Positions 6,747 through 16,278 of a DNA stretch of 22,815 nucleotides are shown here, in pieces; the first letter of the stretch is position 1; every line of letters starts with the position of its first letter. Origin of the DNA: an uncultured virus (IMG/VR IMGVR_UViG_2061766007_002057). Its lineage: Duplodnaviria; Heunggongvirae; Uroviricota; Caudoviricetes. The position numbers were made by a program, and so were the translations under genes. The notes below the pieces were generated by a model, which worked only from the letters and a program-made list of their open reading frames with translations, was not told where the DNA came from and ran no database searches. Where the stretch lies: IMG/VR virus record IMGVR_UViG_2061766007_002057; one strand, written 5' to 3'.

Positions 6747-7308
6747 ATCGTTAACAACTTTAATAGTTGACTTGTCGTTATGCAAGGATAAGGCTAAAAA
6801 GATTGAGGAAGAAATAAAGGACACGTTAACTAACTGGATAAATGAAGTTGATTTTTCACAATTCAAATTAAACCCGGAAGTTCATTTTGGATTATTGCCT
6901 GTAGCTATTGGTGGTAAAGCACACGATTGGTCTGTGCTATATCATGAAACACATGAAAAGCAAATGCTCGATCCATACTCGCTAACTATAAATTTTTACG
7001 GAAACGACGTTGAGGCGTCGTGCTTTTATCACGGTAATTTGATTACAGCAAAAATCCCGCTCGGTGTACTTGCATCTTTTAACTTGTTTTCAGAATGGGT
7101 TTACGAACAGGAAAAGAACTACAAGGCAAATCTTTACTATATTGAGCAGAGAATTAAAAGTAAAGAAGAGGCGTCAAAAAGTGAAGAATTTGCAAAATGG
7201 GTTGAACAGGGACGAAAATATCTTAAAGACGGTCTTATAGAAGATTTTAGATTGTCAGAAACAGCTAGAGTTTCCACTCAGGAGAACGGCTATGCGAAGC
7301 TTCCATGA
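6736..7308 (+). CDS. Hypothetical phage protein
   Basis: 190-aa ORF with strong SD GGGAGG. Confidence 0.8.
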   Translation: MEDKSLTTLIVDLSLCKDKAKKIEEEIKDTLTNWINEVDFSQFKLNPEVHFGLLPVAIGGKAHDWSVLYHETHEKQMLDPYSLTINFYGNDVEASCFYHGNLITAKIPLGVLASFNLFSEWVYEQEKNYKANLYYIEQRIKSKEEASKSEEFAKWVEQGRKYLKDGLIEDFRLSETARVSTQENGYAKLP

Positions 7309-7624
7309 GGTTGTAGTAAACGAACATATTGTTGTTCTTAATATGCTAGATGAGTTTAAGATTCTAAATAATTCCCCATACAATCTTGTCATAGGATCAG
7401 TTATGTATGACCAAGAACATGGTGAGCTTTACAATCTGTTCATTGATATAAAACGCAGAAACGAAGGTAACGCTGAGGCTTTATTAAAAGAGGCAATAAG
7501 TAGATATAGTCCAAAGTATATAACTGCATCAACAGCATACGGAAGCGATGTATTAAGACTTATGCACCTCTATGATAAAGTAGGTTTCAAAACTGATAAT
7601 ATAAGACTTACGAGAAAGATCTAG
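7292..7624 (+). CDS. GNAT-family acetyltransferase
   Basis: LFIDIKRRNEGNAEALL (acetyl-CoA motif A-like) and LYDKVGF (motif B); SD AGGAG. Confidence 0.7.
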   Translation: MRSFHEVVVNEHIVVLNMLDEFKILNNSPYNLVIGSVMYDQEHGELYNLFIDIKRRNEGNAEALLKEAISRYSPKYITASTAYGSDVLRLMHLYDKVGFKTDNIRLTRKI

Positions 7625-7629
7625 ACGTT

Positions 7630-7845
7630 AGTCCACGATACGGCTCCCAATTCGTGTTCCTCGAAGGGTTAAGAGCAGGAAACGCAGGGCAACGCTATCC
7701 CTTAGCTGACTCCCTCAAAGTACAAGCGGGACAGTGGGCTGGAATCCGGGCAACAGCCGAAACTAAATGGCCGGACCATTNNNNNNNNNNNNNNNNNNNN
7801 NNNNNNNNNNNNNNNNNNNNGGCGGATCGTCACCGCCACGAGGTG
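7630..7845 (+). ncRNA. Putative structured ncRNA upstream of tRNA-Tyr
   Basis: GC-rich intergenic stretch with AAGGG/CCCTT, TCCC/GGGA, TCCGG/CCGGA, CGGCT/AGCCG, GGCGG/CCGCC and CCTCG/CGAGG; 40-nt gap inside. Confidence 0.4.
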
Positions 7846-7853
7846 TTATTTTA

Positions 7854-7938
7854 CCCGGCATAAACCCGTAAGTAGTAGCGGCAAAGTCTGTAAAACTTTA
7901 CACATAGTGTTCACAAGGTGCAAGTCCTTGGGCCGGGA
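7854..7938 (+). tRNA. Atypical tRNA-Tyr(GUA)
   Basis: Anticodon arm AAAGT-CT GTA AA-ACTTT; variable hairpin ACAC-ATA-GTGT; T-arm CAAGG-TGCAAGT-CCTTG; acceptor CCCGGC/GCCGGG plus an A-G mismatch; A73. Confidence 0.75.
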
Positions 7939-7944
7939 GGTTTT

Positions 7945-8435
7945 ATGAAAGCAGATGAGTTAATAAATTGGTTTATTAAATGCAATACTCATGTAATAAC
8001 ACGAGATGGTCATATTTTTAGTAGTCGTAACACTACAAAAGAAATAGGGTACATCGATAAATATGGGTATAAACAGATCACTGTAAAAATTCCAGGCGGT
8101 CAACAAACACGTAGTCTATTGGTACACCGTATTATTTGGGCAAAGTATGGTGGCAGTCCGTTAGGTAGTGAGCGTACTATAAACCATAAAGATGGAAATA
8201 AACTAAATAATTGTATAGATAATCTGGAACAGGTGTCTGATGCAGAAAANNNNNNNNNNNNNNNNNNNNNCTTCATGCAAAGCCTGTTATTGGCAATTGT
8301 AAACTCGACAAAAAACAAGCAGAAGAAATCCGTGAATTACGTAAACAGGGTTGGAAGTACAAAGATTTAATGAAGAAGTTTAACGTAGGTAAGACAACAA
8401 TTTCCTACGTTGTTAATAAGAAGATTTGGAAGTAA
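7945..8435 (+). CDS. HNH homing endonuclease with C-terminal HTH; frame broken by an N-gap
   Basis: LLVHRIIW...TINHKDGNKLNNCIDNLEQVS; the post-gap frame reads KLDKKQAEEIRELRKQGWKYKDLMKKFNVGKTTISYVVNKKIWK*. Confidence 0.85.
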
Positions 8436-8514
8436 ACTACTTATTTTACAACAACATTGTTGTTTGATATATGTGCGTTATCCTTTGTGTAAACATTTAC
8501 GTTAGGAGGTAGTT

Positions 8515-8967
8515 ATGAAGGAAGTTATACTTAAAATACCGTGTGAAATATGCGGTAAGATTATGGAAGTAACCGAAAAACACGGACAACATAAAAAGTA
8601 CTGCAGTAAAGAGTGCAAGCAGGCAGGAATTCGTGAACGCTATCACGAACGCATGGAATCTAGATCGCTTACAGACTTAGATAAAAATGATCTAATAAAG
8701 CTTGAGGCAATACACAATAAACTGAAAGCTTCAATAGCAGTTCCAGAAGATGGGGTTGTTCCTGAAACGACCATAGCAGAATTAGAGAATAAATATGGAA
8801 GAGTAATCTTTTCAAAATTCATTGGAAATAATCTGGTATGCATATTCTTTAATAACAATAAATTCTTTTGGAAATCTTTTTTTGGCACTAGAAAAATACT
8901 AGAATCAACTAAACAATTTGAAACACTTGACAAAGCACAGAAAGATGTTGTAGAATGCTTCATCTAA
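8515..8967 (+). CDS. Hypothetical protein with N-terminal Zn ribbon
   Basis: CEICGK...KKYCSKECK; SD AGGAGG. Confidence 0.75.
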   Translation: MKEVILKIPCEICGKIMEVTEKHGQHKKYCSKECKQAGIRERYHERMESRSLTDLDKNDLIKLEAIHNKLKASIAVPEDGVVPETTIAELENKYGRVIFSKFIGNNLVCIFFNNNKFFWKSFFGTRKILESTKQFETLDKAQKDVVECFI

Positions 8968-8980
8968 AAAGGAGAAACTA

Positions 8981-9589
8981 ATGACTTGTATTATTGGCAT
9001 GCTTAATGATGGCATAGTATATATGACTGGAGACCACATAGGGACAGACGGTTACGACGTAGAATTACAAAAACGCTCCAAGGTATTTAAGAACGGAGAT
9101 TTTGTTATCGGGTACACAAGTTCTTTTCGTATGGGCCAGTTATTAGAACATGTTTGGGAGCCACCTAAAAAACCCAAAGACTGTAAAAGTGTATACACAT
9201 TTATGGTAAAGCACGTAGTTCCTTCTTTAATTAAATTGTTTGATGAGAACAAGTTTATGAGAATCGTTAGCGACCTTGATAACGCATCTAAGCGTTCTGT
9301 AAACGGTCAGGCTTACGGTGGTGAATTTTTAATCGGATACAAAGATCACTTGTTTAAGATTCAGTCAGACTTTGCAGTGCTTGAGTGTACCAGAAATTTT
9401 GATGCAATAGGTGCCGGAGAGGATTTTGCAAAAGGTGCTCTTGGTGCAATGTTAGAGTTCTGTATTCCCGGACTTGGAAACCTATCTCCTGAGACGTGTT
9501 TACGCGAAGCATTAAAGGTTGTAGAAGACCACTCAGCTCTCGTAAAAGTTAACTGGGATTCGTTTCAAGTTTTGAATACAAAAAAATAG
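8981..9589 (+). CDS. HslV/proteasome-beta-like Ntn threonine peptidase
   Basis: N-terminal (M)TCIIG with Thr nucleophile; GD...KVF; AIGAGEDFAKGAL motif; SD AAGGAG. Confidence 0.8.
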   Translation: MTCIIGMLNDGIVYMTGDHIGTDGYDVELQKRSKVFKNGDFVIGYTSSFRMGQLLEHVWEPPKKPKDCKSVYTFMVKHVVPSLIKLFDENKFMRIVSDLDNASKRSVNGQAYGGEFLIGYKDHLFKIQSDFAVLECTRNFDAIGAGEDFAKGALGAMLEFCIPGLGNLSPETCLREALKVVEDHSALVKVNWDSFQVLNTKK

Positions 9590-9618
9590 TTGACAAATTA
9601 TTTTGTTTGTGCTATTAT
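9590..9618 (+). promoter_or_regulatory. Sigma70-type promoter with extended -10
   Basis: TTGACA (9590-9595), 17-nt spacer ending TGC, TATTAT (9613-9618). Confidence 0.75.
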
Positions 9619-9625
9619 ATATTTA

Positions 9626-9760
9626 ACAGCCCACCCAGGCTTAACTACTAAACCGTAACTGGTTAGGGTAGACCGCCCAAACGGGGTTGTCCTGAAACTC
9701 GAGATATAATGGACACGTGACTTGGCAGTTTAGCGGGGACGGAGCAACTGCCATTATTAC
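9626..9760 (+). ncRNA. Putative structured RNA or leader downstream of the promoter
   Basis: ACAGCCC/GGGTTGT, AACC/GGTT and TGGCAGTT/AACTGCCA pairings; GC-rich; starts near the predicted +1. Confidence 0.35.
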
Positions 9761-9893
9761 TAGCCNNNNNNNNNNNNNNNNNNNNNNNNNNNNNNNNNNN
9801 NNNNNNNNNNNNNNNNNNNNNNNNNNNNNNNNNNNNNNNNNNNNNNNNNNNNNNNNNNNNNNNNNNNNNNNNNNNNNNNNNNNNNNNNNNNNN

Positions 9894-10189
9894 AGACCTA
9901 CCTTAACTTTGTATAATAATTCAAAGGATAGGAGCGCTACTCAATATGCACGGTACCTACTGTCTGTCAAACTTGGACGGTTTTTGACAAAAAATGAGAC
10001 GGTTGACCACATTGATGGTGATAAAACGAACAATGCGCTCAGTAATTTACAGATACTTAGTAGTGCGGATAATACTCGTAAGTCTCATAAAAAGGAAGAT
10101 TATGTGCTAATATGTCCGGTTTGCAAAAAGGCATTTGTTCGTAAACGTACACAAGTCAGTGGTAAGCAAAAAAAGATAAAAATCAAAAA
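9894..10189 (+). CDS. HNH homing endonuclease, partial with both ends in gaps
   Basis: YARYLLSVKLGRFLTKNETVDHIDGDKTNNALSNLQILS, followed by CPVC. Confidence 0.85.
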
Positions 10190-10229
10190 NNNNNNNNNNN
10201 NNNNNNNNNNNNNNNNNNNNNNNNNNNNN

Positions 10230-10322
10230 NNNCCCATAGTTTAATGGTGAAACACCCGGCTTATACCCGGCAAACACCGTCTTGATAAGGCGGCAATGTA
10301 GGTTCGAGTCCTACTGGGGCTA
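10230..10322 (+). tRNA. tRNA-like gene with UAU anticodon and a very long variable arm; first ~3 nt in the gap
   Basis: CCCA-TA-GTTT AATGGTG AAAC-A-C CCGG-CT TAT AC-CCGG C; extra arm CCGTCTT-GAT-AAGGCGG; T-arm GTAGG-TTCGAGT-CCTAC; TGGGGCT-A. Confidence 0.8.
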
Positions 10323-10332
10323 CTTATTTTTC

Positions 10333-10682
10333 AGGCATCCCTTGCTTGAGTGGGACAAGGCAGTACAAGCGTAATGCTTGTTCATGTTAACGTTGGCCAC
10401 AATGCGGATAATTGTGGAAGCTAGGGCCCTCCTTCCCGAGTATGTTTGGAGTTTTATTCATTTGTCCAAGCAGAAAAAACAGATAGCGCATCTCTGTAGC
10501 GAAACGATGGCAAACTCAGTACAACCGGGATGGTAACCCGGGAACAGCGGGTGGCTCACAACCCTGACTGATAGTGAGTTGCAGTACTTTGTTATTCATA
10601 GTTATAACCAGACTCCGGGGCATAATACCTTATGTAGTGGCTTGCTGCTACCACAGGAGAGTCGAAAAGCAGCACAGATTCG
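10333..10682 (+). ncRNA. Second large structured ncRNA, at least 350 nt, running into a ~436-nt gap
   Basis: No credible ORF, follows a tRNA; helices CAAGC/GCTTG, CCACAAT/ATTGTGG, TTGGA/TCCAA, CCGGG/CCCGG, AACTCA/TGAGTT, GACTCC/GGAGAGTC, GTAGTGG/CTGCTAC. Confidence 0.6.
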
Positions 10683-11177
10683 NNNNNNNNNNNNNNNNNN
10701 NNNNNNNNNNNNNNNNNNNNNNNNNNNNNNNNNNNNNNNNNNNNNNNNNNNNNNNNNNNNNNNNNNNNNNNNNNNNNNNNNNNNNNNNNNNNNNNNNNNN
10801 NNNNNNNNNNNNNNNNNNNNNNNNNNNNNNNNNNNNNNNNNNNNNNNNNNNNNNNNNNNNNNNNNNNNNNNNNNNNNNNNNNNNNNNNNNNNNNNNNNNN
10901 NNNNNNNNNNNNNNNNNNNNNNNNNNNNNNNNNNNNNNNNNNNNNNNNNNNNNNNNNNNNNNNNNNNNNNNNNNNNNNNNNNNNNNNNNNNNNNNNNNNN
11001 NNNNNNNNNNNNNNNNNNNNNNNNNNNNNNNNNNNNNNNNNNNNNNNNNNNNNNNNNNNNNNNNNNNNNNNNNNNNNNNNNNNNNNNNNNNNNNNNNNNN
11101 NNNNNNNNNNNNNNNNNATATAATACAGGCCGGAGACGGAATTATAATAAGCTGTTATAGGAATAAATGGAGATAAA

Positions 11178-11426
11178 ATGGCATACGTAAAAGTGTTTTA
11201 TAAAGATTCGTCTGAAGAAGGAAGACTTGCAGCAGTAGAAAGCGCTATAAAGTCTTTNNNNNNNNNNNNNNNNNNNNNNNNNNNNNNNNNNNNTATAAAA
11301 GATGTTCGTAAGCGGGAAGAGTATAATCCACCGTCTGTGGTAAAAAGAATAAAGCACAAAGAAGCAGTAAAAAGAAACAAAAAAGCTGAAGCGAAAAGAA
11401 GAAGATTTAACAAAGATTACAAGTAG
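11178..11426 (+). CDS. rpsU: Phage-encoded 30S ribosomal protein bS21
   Basis: VESAIKSF...IKDVRKREEYNPPSVVKRIKHKEAVKR matches the bS21 pattern (E.AL..F...R.RE.Y.KPS..R..K...A.KR); basic, 82 aa; SD GGAG. Confidence 0.85.
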   Translation: MAYVKVFYKDSSEEGRLAAVESAIKSXXXXXXXXXXXXXIKDVRKREEYNPPSVVKRIKHKEAVKRNKKAEAKRRRFNKDYK

Positions 11427-11444
11427 TTATGCTCTGGAGGGAAA

Positions 11445-14033
11445 ATGGTCACAATTGAAATAAATAACGTATTGACCNNNNNNNNNNNNNNNNNNNNNNN
11501 NNNNNNNNNTCACAGCTCATAAAAGAGGCCTGCTCGTATTCAATACAAGGGGCAGAGTTCTCTGTTTATGGGTCCCGCATTTATTGCCCACAATGTAAAA
11601 AGCAAACAAAAGAACCTACGACAGAAGAAATGTTCGGGCCTACTTATCCGATAGACGGAAATATATACCGTAAGTGTCCGTTTCACGGGTGGGTAATACC
11701 GATAAGTCTTTGGGACGGTAAAAATTATTTGTTTGACGCAAGATCAATGGTATTCCATACCGGATTAATTACGCGTGTCATAGATGTACTTAAGCAAAAT
11801 GGTATTAAATACACCGTACAAGACCTTAGAATAGCCCCATTTACTCACAAAATAGCTTGGCATGGGTATGAGCCTAGACAATATCAGAAAAACGCTGTAC
11901 GCGAGGTTTTGAAGCGTTCTCGTGGCATTATACACGCTGCTACCGGAACGGGAAAAACCTTAGTTATCGGTCAGCTAATAGCAAATACATGTGTAAATAC
12001 TTTGGTACTGGCGCATACGAAGTCCGTTTTCAATCAGATATATAACGACTTAAATAAGAATCTAAAAATGCCGATAGGACGGTTAGGTGACGGCATTGTT
12101 GACATTAAAAAAATAACCGTTGCTATGCCTCAGTCGTTGGTGGAAACTGTTGACACGTACAAGCGTAGACTTGTTAAAGGAGTTTGGAAAAATGTTAAGT
12201 CCAAAAAGCAACAGGTAAAAGAAAAGGCGCGTGACCTGCTTACTAATACTGAGATGTTATTGGTGGATGAGTGCGTTAGCGGGGATACAGAGGTTTTAAC
12301 AGAAAATGGGTGGTTACGCATTGACAAGTATGACGGAGCAAGTAAAATAGCTCAGTGGGATACAGATGGTACAATCTCTTTTGTTAAACCGACCCGTGTC
12401 ATAAAATCTTTTTGGGAGCAAGTGTATAAGATTCCTTTTAGACGTGGTGAAATCTACCAGACCCCTAATCACAGAAATCCTGTTAAAACAAAAAACGGGA
12501 ATATTTCGGTTAAAACGCCGGATAGCTTGTCGCATGGAAACTTCTTTATAACAGAGGGTAAGATTGCAGATACACAAAGACACATGACGCTGCTTGAAAA
12601 ACTTATTATAATGACACAAGCAGATGGAAGTGTAAACGGACGTGATAAGAAAACAAATGAACCGCGTAGCTGGACTATACAACTTAGTAAGCAGCATAAG
12701 ATTGATGAAGTCCTTTCATTTATGAAAGAAGACGTAAATAGTGAGTTCCATTTTAGTGAGATAAGTGGATCCCCAAAACATGGTAGTATAAACGAACGCA
12801 GACGGTTTTATTATGTACTTCCAAAAACTGGGCCTGATTACAAAAAACTGTCTGACCACTTTAAGTTTAACGACTTTGACTATACTAAAGCAACTGAGTT
12901 TATGAATGAGGTGTTTAAGTGGGACTCTTCTTCGTATTCAACTAAAAATCACACGACTAAACTTTATTGTACTACAGATGAAGGTAACGCTGACTTCGTG
13001 CAAGCAGTAGGTATGCTTGCCGGATACGCTACAAATAAAACAGTAGAATATGACAAACGCGGATTTAAGCCACATTACAGAGTATACTTCAGAACGAACC
13101 ATAATTTAAGTTGCCAAAAGACAAGCCTGGAATCTAAAGTGGTACAGTGGAACGACTACATGTACTGTGTAACAGTTCCGTCTTCATTCTTTGTCATTCG
13201 TACTTGCGGACGAACAATGGTAACTGGCAATTGTCATCACATATCTGCGTCTACTGTTCAGCTTGTTGCAAATGAGTGTCCAAACGCTTTTTATCGTGTA
13301 GGAGTATCCGCCACTCCGTGGAGAGATGACTTACTTGATATTTTGATAGAGGCACAGACAGGTAGAACAATATATCATTATTCAGCAACTGAGGCGATAG
13401 AAGCAGGATACTTAGCTAGGCCGTATATACACATGGTTGGGTTTAAGCAAGAAAGACAGCCTAAGTATATCACTAAATATGTGCTTAATAAAAAGACCAA
13501 GGTTGAAGAGCTCAAAACGGTCAAAATGGAGTATGCTGACTTATATGACAAATGTGTCATAAACAATATACAAAGAAATAAACTTATTGAAAATATTGTT
13601 AGACAAAGGTATAATATGGGGGAGTCGATCTTAGTTATTGTAAAGAGATTGCAGCATGGGGAGAATCTTCACGCATTACTAAAAGACCTTGATAAAGATA
13701 TACGGTATGTTAATGGTGAAGACGACCCCGACTTTTTACAAGAAACATTAAATGACCTGGACCAAAAAAAGATCCGAGTTTGCATAGCGACAGGTATATT
13801 TTCCGAAGGTGTTGNNNNNNNNNNNNNNNNNNNNNNNNNNNNNNNNNNNNNNNNNNNNNNNNNNNNNNNNNNNNNNNCAGGTTGTAGGGCGTGCACTGAG
13901 AAAGGTGCCTGGCAAAGAAGAAGTTCATATTTTTGATATCGCAGATTATAACTGTAGATGGCTAGGGGAACACAGTAAAAACAGATTAGCCATTTATAAA
14001 ACTGAGCCGGGATACAGAATAATTGAGGAGTAA
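11445..14033 (+). CDS. SF2 (UvsW-like) DNA helicase with intein; frame broken by gaps
   Basis: PRQYQ Q-motif, AATGTGKT Walker A, DE|CH motif II, SAT motif III, QVVGRALR motif VI; ATG at 11445 with SD GGAGG. Confidence 0.9.
12272..13231 (+). mobile_element. Intein (320 aa) with LAGLIDADG-type endonuclease domain
   Basis: Starts CVSGDTEVLTENGW; block B TPNH; IIMTQADGS block C-like; ends MYCVTVPSSFFVIR...VTGN followed by Cys. Removing it restores VDECHH. Confidence 0.93.
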
Positions 14034-14036
14034 GCT

Positions 14037-14792
14037 ATGATCAGTTCTTTGGATAATGAGTATTTGCAAAATAGGTATAAGCAGATCGTTGAGGGTTGCC
14101 CGCTATGTGGTGGAAGAAAACCGTACTGTTCTTGTAAGTATGCGTTTCAATTTGAGTACGCAAAAATAAAGGCAAACATACCGGTATCACTCAGGGAGTT
14201 TGTTATAGACGATTTTACACACCCGCAATTACAGAAGCAGAAAAATATGTTAGTTAATTACGCTGCGGAGCTACATAATAATCCATACGGTAGTAAAAGT
14301 ATTTATCTGTGCGGAGACAAAGGTACAGGAAAATCTGCTATCGCTGCGTGGATTCTTGAAGAGGCCTTGAAGGGTAAAAAAACAGGTTATTTTTTTCATA
14401 CTCTTTATGCTGCAAAAGTGGCTGCAACAAAGACTTGGGATAAGGCGTCAAGAGACGACATTGACTGTGTAGCATTGTCTAATTATGACGTTATAGTAAT
14501 TGATAAGGTTGGCGAGGGGACAACTATTTTAGGTCAAACATTTGAAGAGCTAAAAGAGATATTACGTGCCCGCGCAGAATCCTCTAAAGTGACTATTTTT
14601 GTAGGAACAGCACCATTAAATAACCTTGTAAGTAATGAGTCTGAACTTATTAGGGTTTGTGACTGTGAAGAAGTATTTTTTGCTGGTTTTGATTATAAGA
14701 AAGCGGTGTTAAAGGCTGCGGCAGATGACCCAAAGAAAAAGCAAAAGTTGCCAGGAATTGTTATAAAGAAAAAAAGAGGTGGTAAGAAATGA
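14037..14792 (+). CDS. DnaC/IstB-like AAA+ helicase loader
   Basis: N-terminal CPLC...CSC; GDKGTGKS Walker A; VIVIDKVG Walker B variant; coupled to DnaB. Confidence 0.8.
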   Translation: MISSLDNEYLQNRYKQIVEGCPLCGGRKPYCSCKYAFQFEYAKIKANIPVSLREFVIDDFTHPQLQKQKNMLVNYAAELHNNPYGSKSIYLCGDKGTGKSAIAAWILEEALKGKKTGYFFHTLYAAKVAATKTWDKASRDDIDCVALSNYDVIVIDKVGEGTTILGQTFEELKEILRARAESSKVTIFVGTAPLNNLVSNESELIRVCDCEEVFFAGFDYKKAVLKAAADDPKKKQKLPGIVIKKKRGGKK

Positions 14793-16065
14793 GTATTTAC
14801 GAAGACGCAGAAAGTAAACTAATTGTAAAACTTGCCACGGATGAAAAGTCGCTTCTTAAATCTCTTGACAAGGGTTTAATAGGTAAAGTATTTACAAATG
14901 AGGATAATGAAAATCTTTTTATTGTTCTTAAACGATTTTACCTTAAATACCACAAGATGCCTACGCACGAAGAGCTTATGCTTTTTGTACAAACAGATGG
15001 TCGTTCAACCGACTGGCAAAAAGAGAAGACAACGCTATACTACCAGCTAACTTTAACGCAGGAAGTACCGACTGATGATGTAGACGTACTTTTAGATGCC
15101 GTAATATCAGTTTTTAAGTCAAAAAAAGCTAGAGAGATCGCACTTCTTTTAGCGTCTGATAAGTCTGATAAAAACATAGACAAAACCATTGAAGAAATGG
15201 TCAATGATTTTACCAAACTTAAGAACATGGGTACGACGGGTGAGATGGTTGTAAACTACAAAGAAGATGCAGCAGAGCGTATAGCCAGATACGACGCCGT
15301 AAAAGCCAGACAGGAAGATACAGGTATGTACTATTGTTTTCCTACTCTAAATAAAATTACTGGCGGTCAGGATAATAAAACCTTATGGGTTATTCGTGGT
15401 GGACCGAAGGCTGGAAAATCTACAGCACTAATAAACATGGCAAACCATGTTGTTAAATCAGGAAAAAACATTATTTATTTTTCTGCTGAGGTTAACAAAG
15501 ATGTAATCGAAAGACGTCTGGATGCGATAAATATTGGTGTACCAATGAACGATATTAAGCGTGGAACACTAACTCCTGATGAAGAAGTTAAATATAAGGA
15601 GTGGCTTACTAAAAATGATCCAAGACGTGGAAGTTTTATTATAATTGATAAGGGGAATANNNNNNNNNNNNNNNNNNNNNNNNNNNTATGAAAGTTGACC
15701 TTGTAGTTGTTGACTATTTAGGTCTTATTCATCTTCCATATAAAACGGAAGCAAAATGGATTGAGATCGGTGAAGTTGCAAAAGAGTTGCGTGCTATTGC
15801 AAAGGAAGAAGATTTACCGATGCTTACGGCACAGCAGACAAATAAACAAGGGGACACGGCAAACGCGCAGGAAATTGACAGAACTTGCGACCTGTTATTA
15901 GATATAAGCCGTGACAATCCGGACGAGGATACACTAGCGGGGGCAGTTGTACAAGTGACCGCAAAAATTGTATACTCTAGAGACAGTGGGCTTGGAGAGT
16001 TTCCATTAGAGGCTCAATTTGCATACAGTATGTTACAAGAAGTACAAAGTTCATTTACACTTTAG
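14789..16065 (+). CDS. dnaB: DnaB-like replicative helicase, one gene split by an N-gap
   Basis: GGPKAGKS Walker A, YFSAE, VVVDYLGLI, LTAQQ. Confidence 0.88.
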
Positions 16066-16075
16066 GAGATAATAT

Positions 16076-16258
16076 ATGAAAAACGAAACTACTAACTTAA
16101 CATTAAAACAACAAGCATCTCGAAAACGTGCTGAAATTCGTAACATTGTTCGCTTCATGAACAATAAGGCATCCTATGAAAGATTAAATGCCTTAAATAA
16201 AAAGCTCACTACTGCATTAAAAGAGCTGAACAAAATTGAATCAAGCATGCACGTTTAG
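16076..16258 (+). CDS. Small basic hypothetical protein
   Basis: 60-aa ORF with SD AGGAG. Confidence 0.65.
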   Translation: MKNETTNLTLKQQASRKRAEIRNIVRFMNNKASYERLNALNKKLTTALKELNKIESSMHV

Positions 16259-16278
16259 AGAAATAAAGGAGGTAATTT

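Noticed and set aside
10574..11176. ORFs of ~200 aa at 10574 and 10579
   Set aside because: They consist mostly of Ns and are open only because of the gap.
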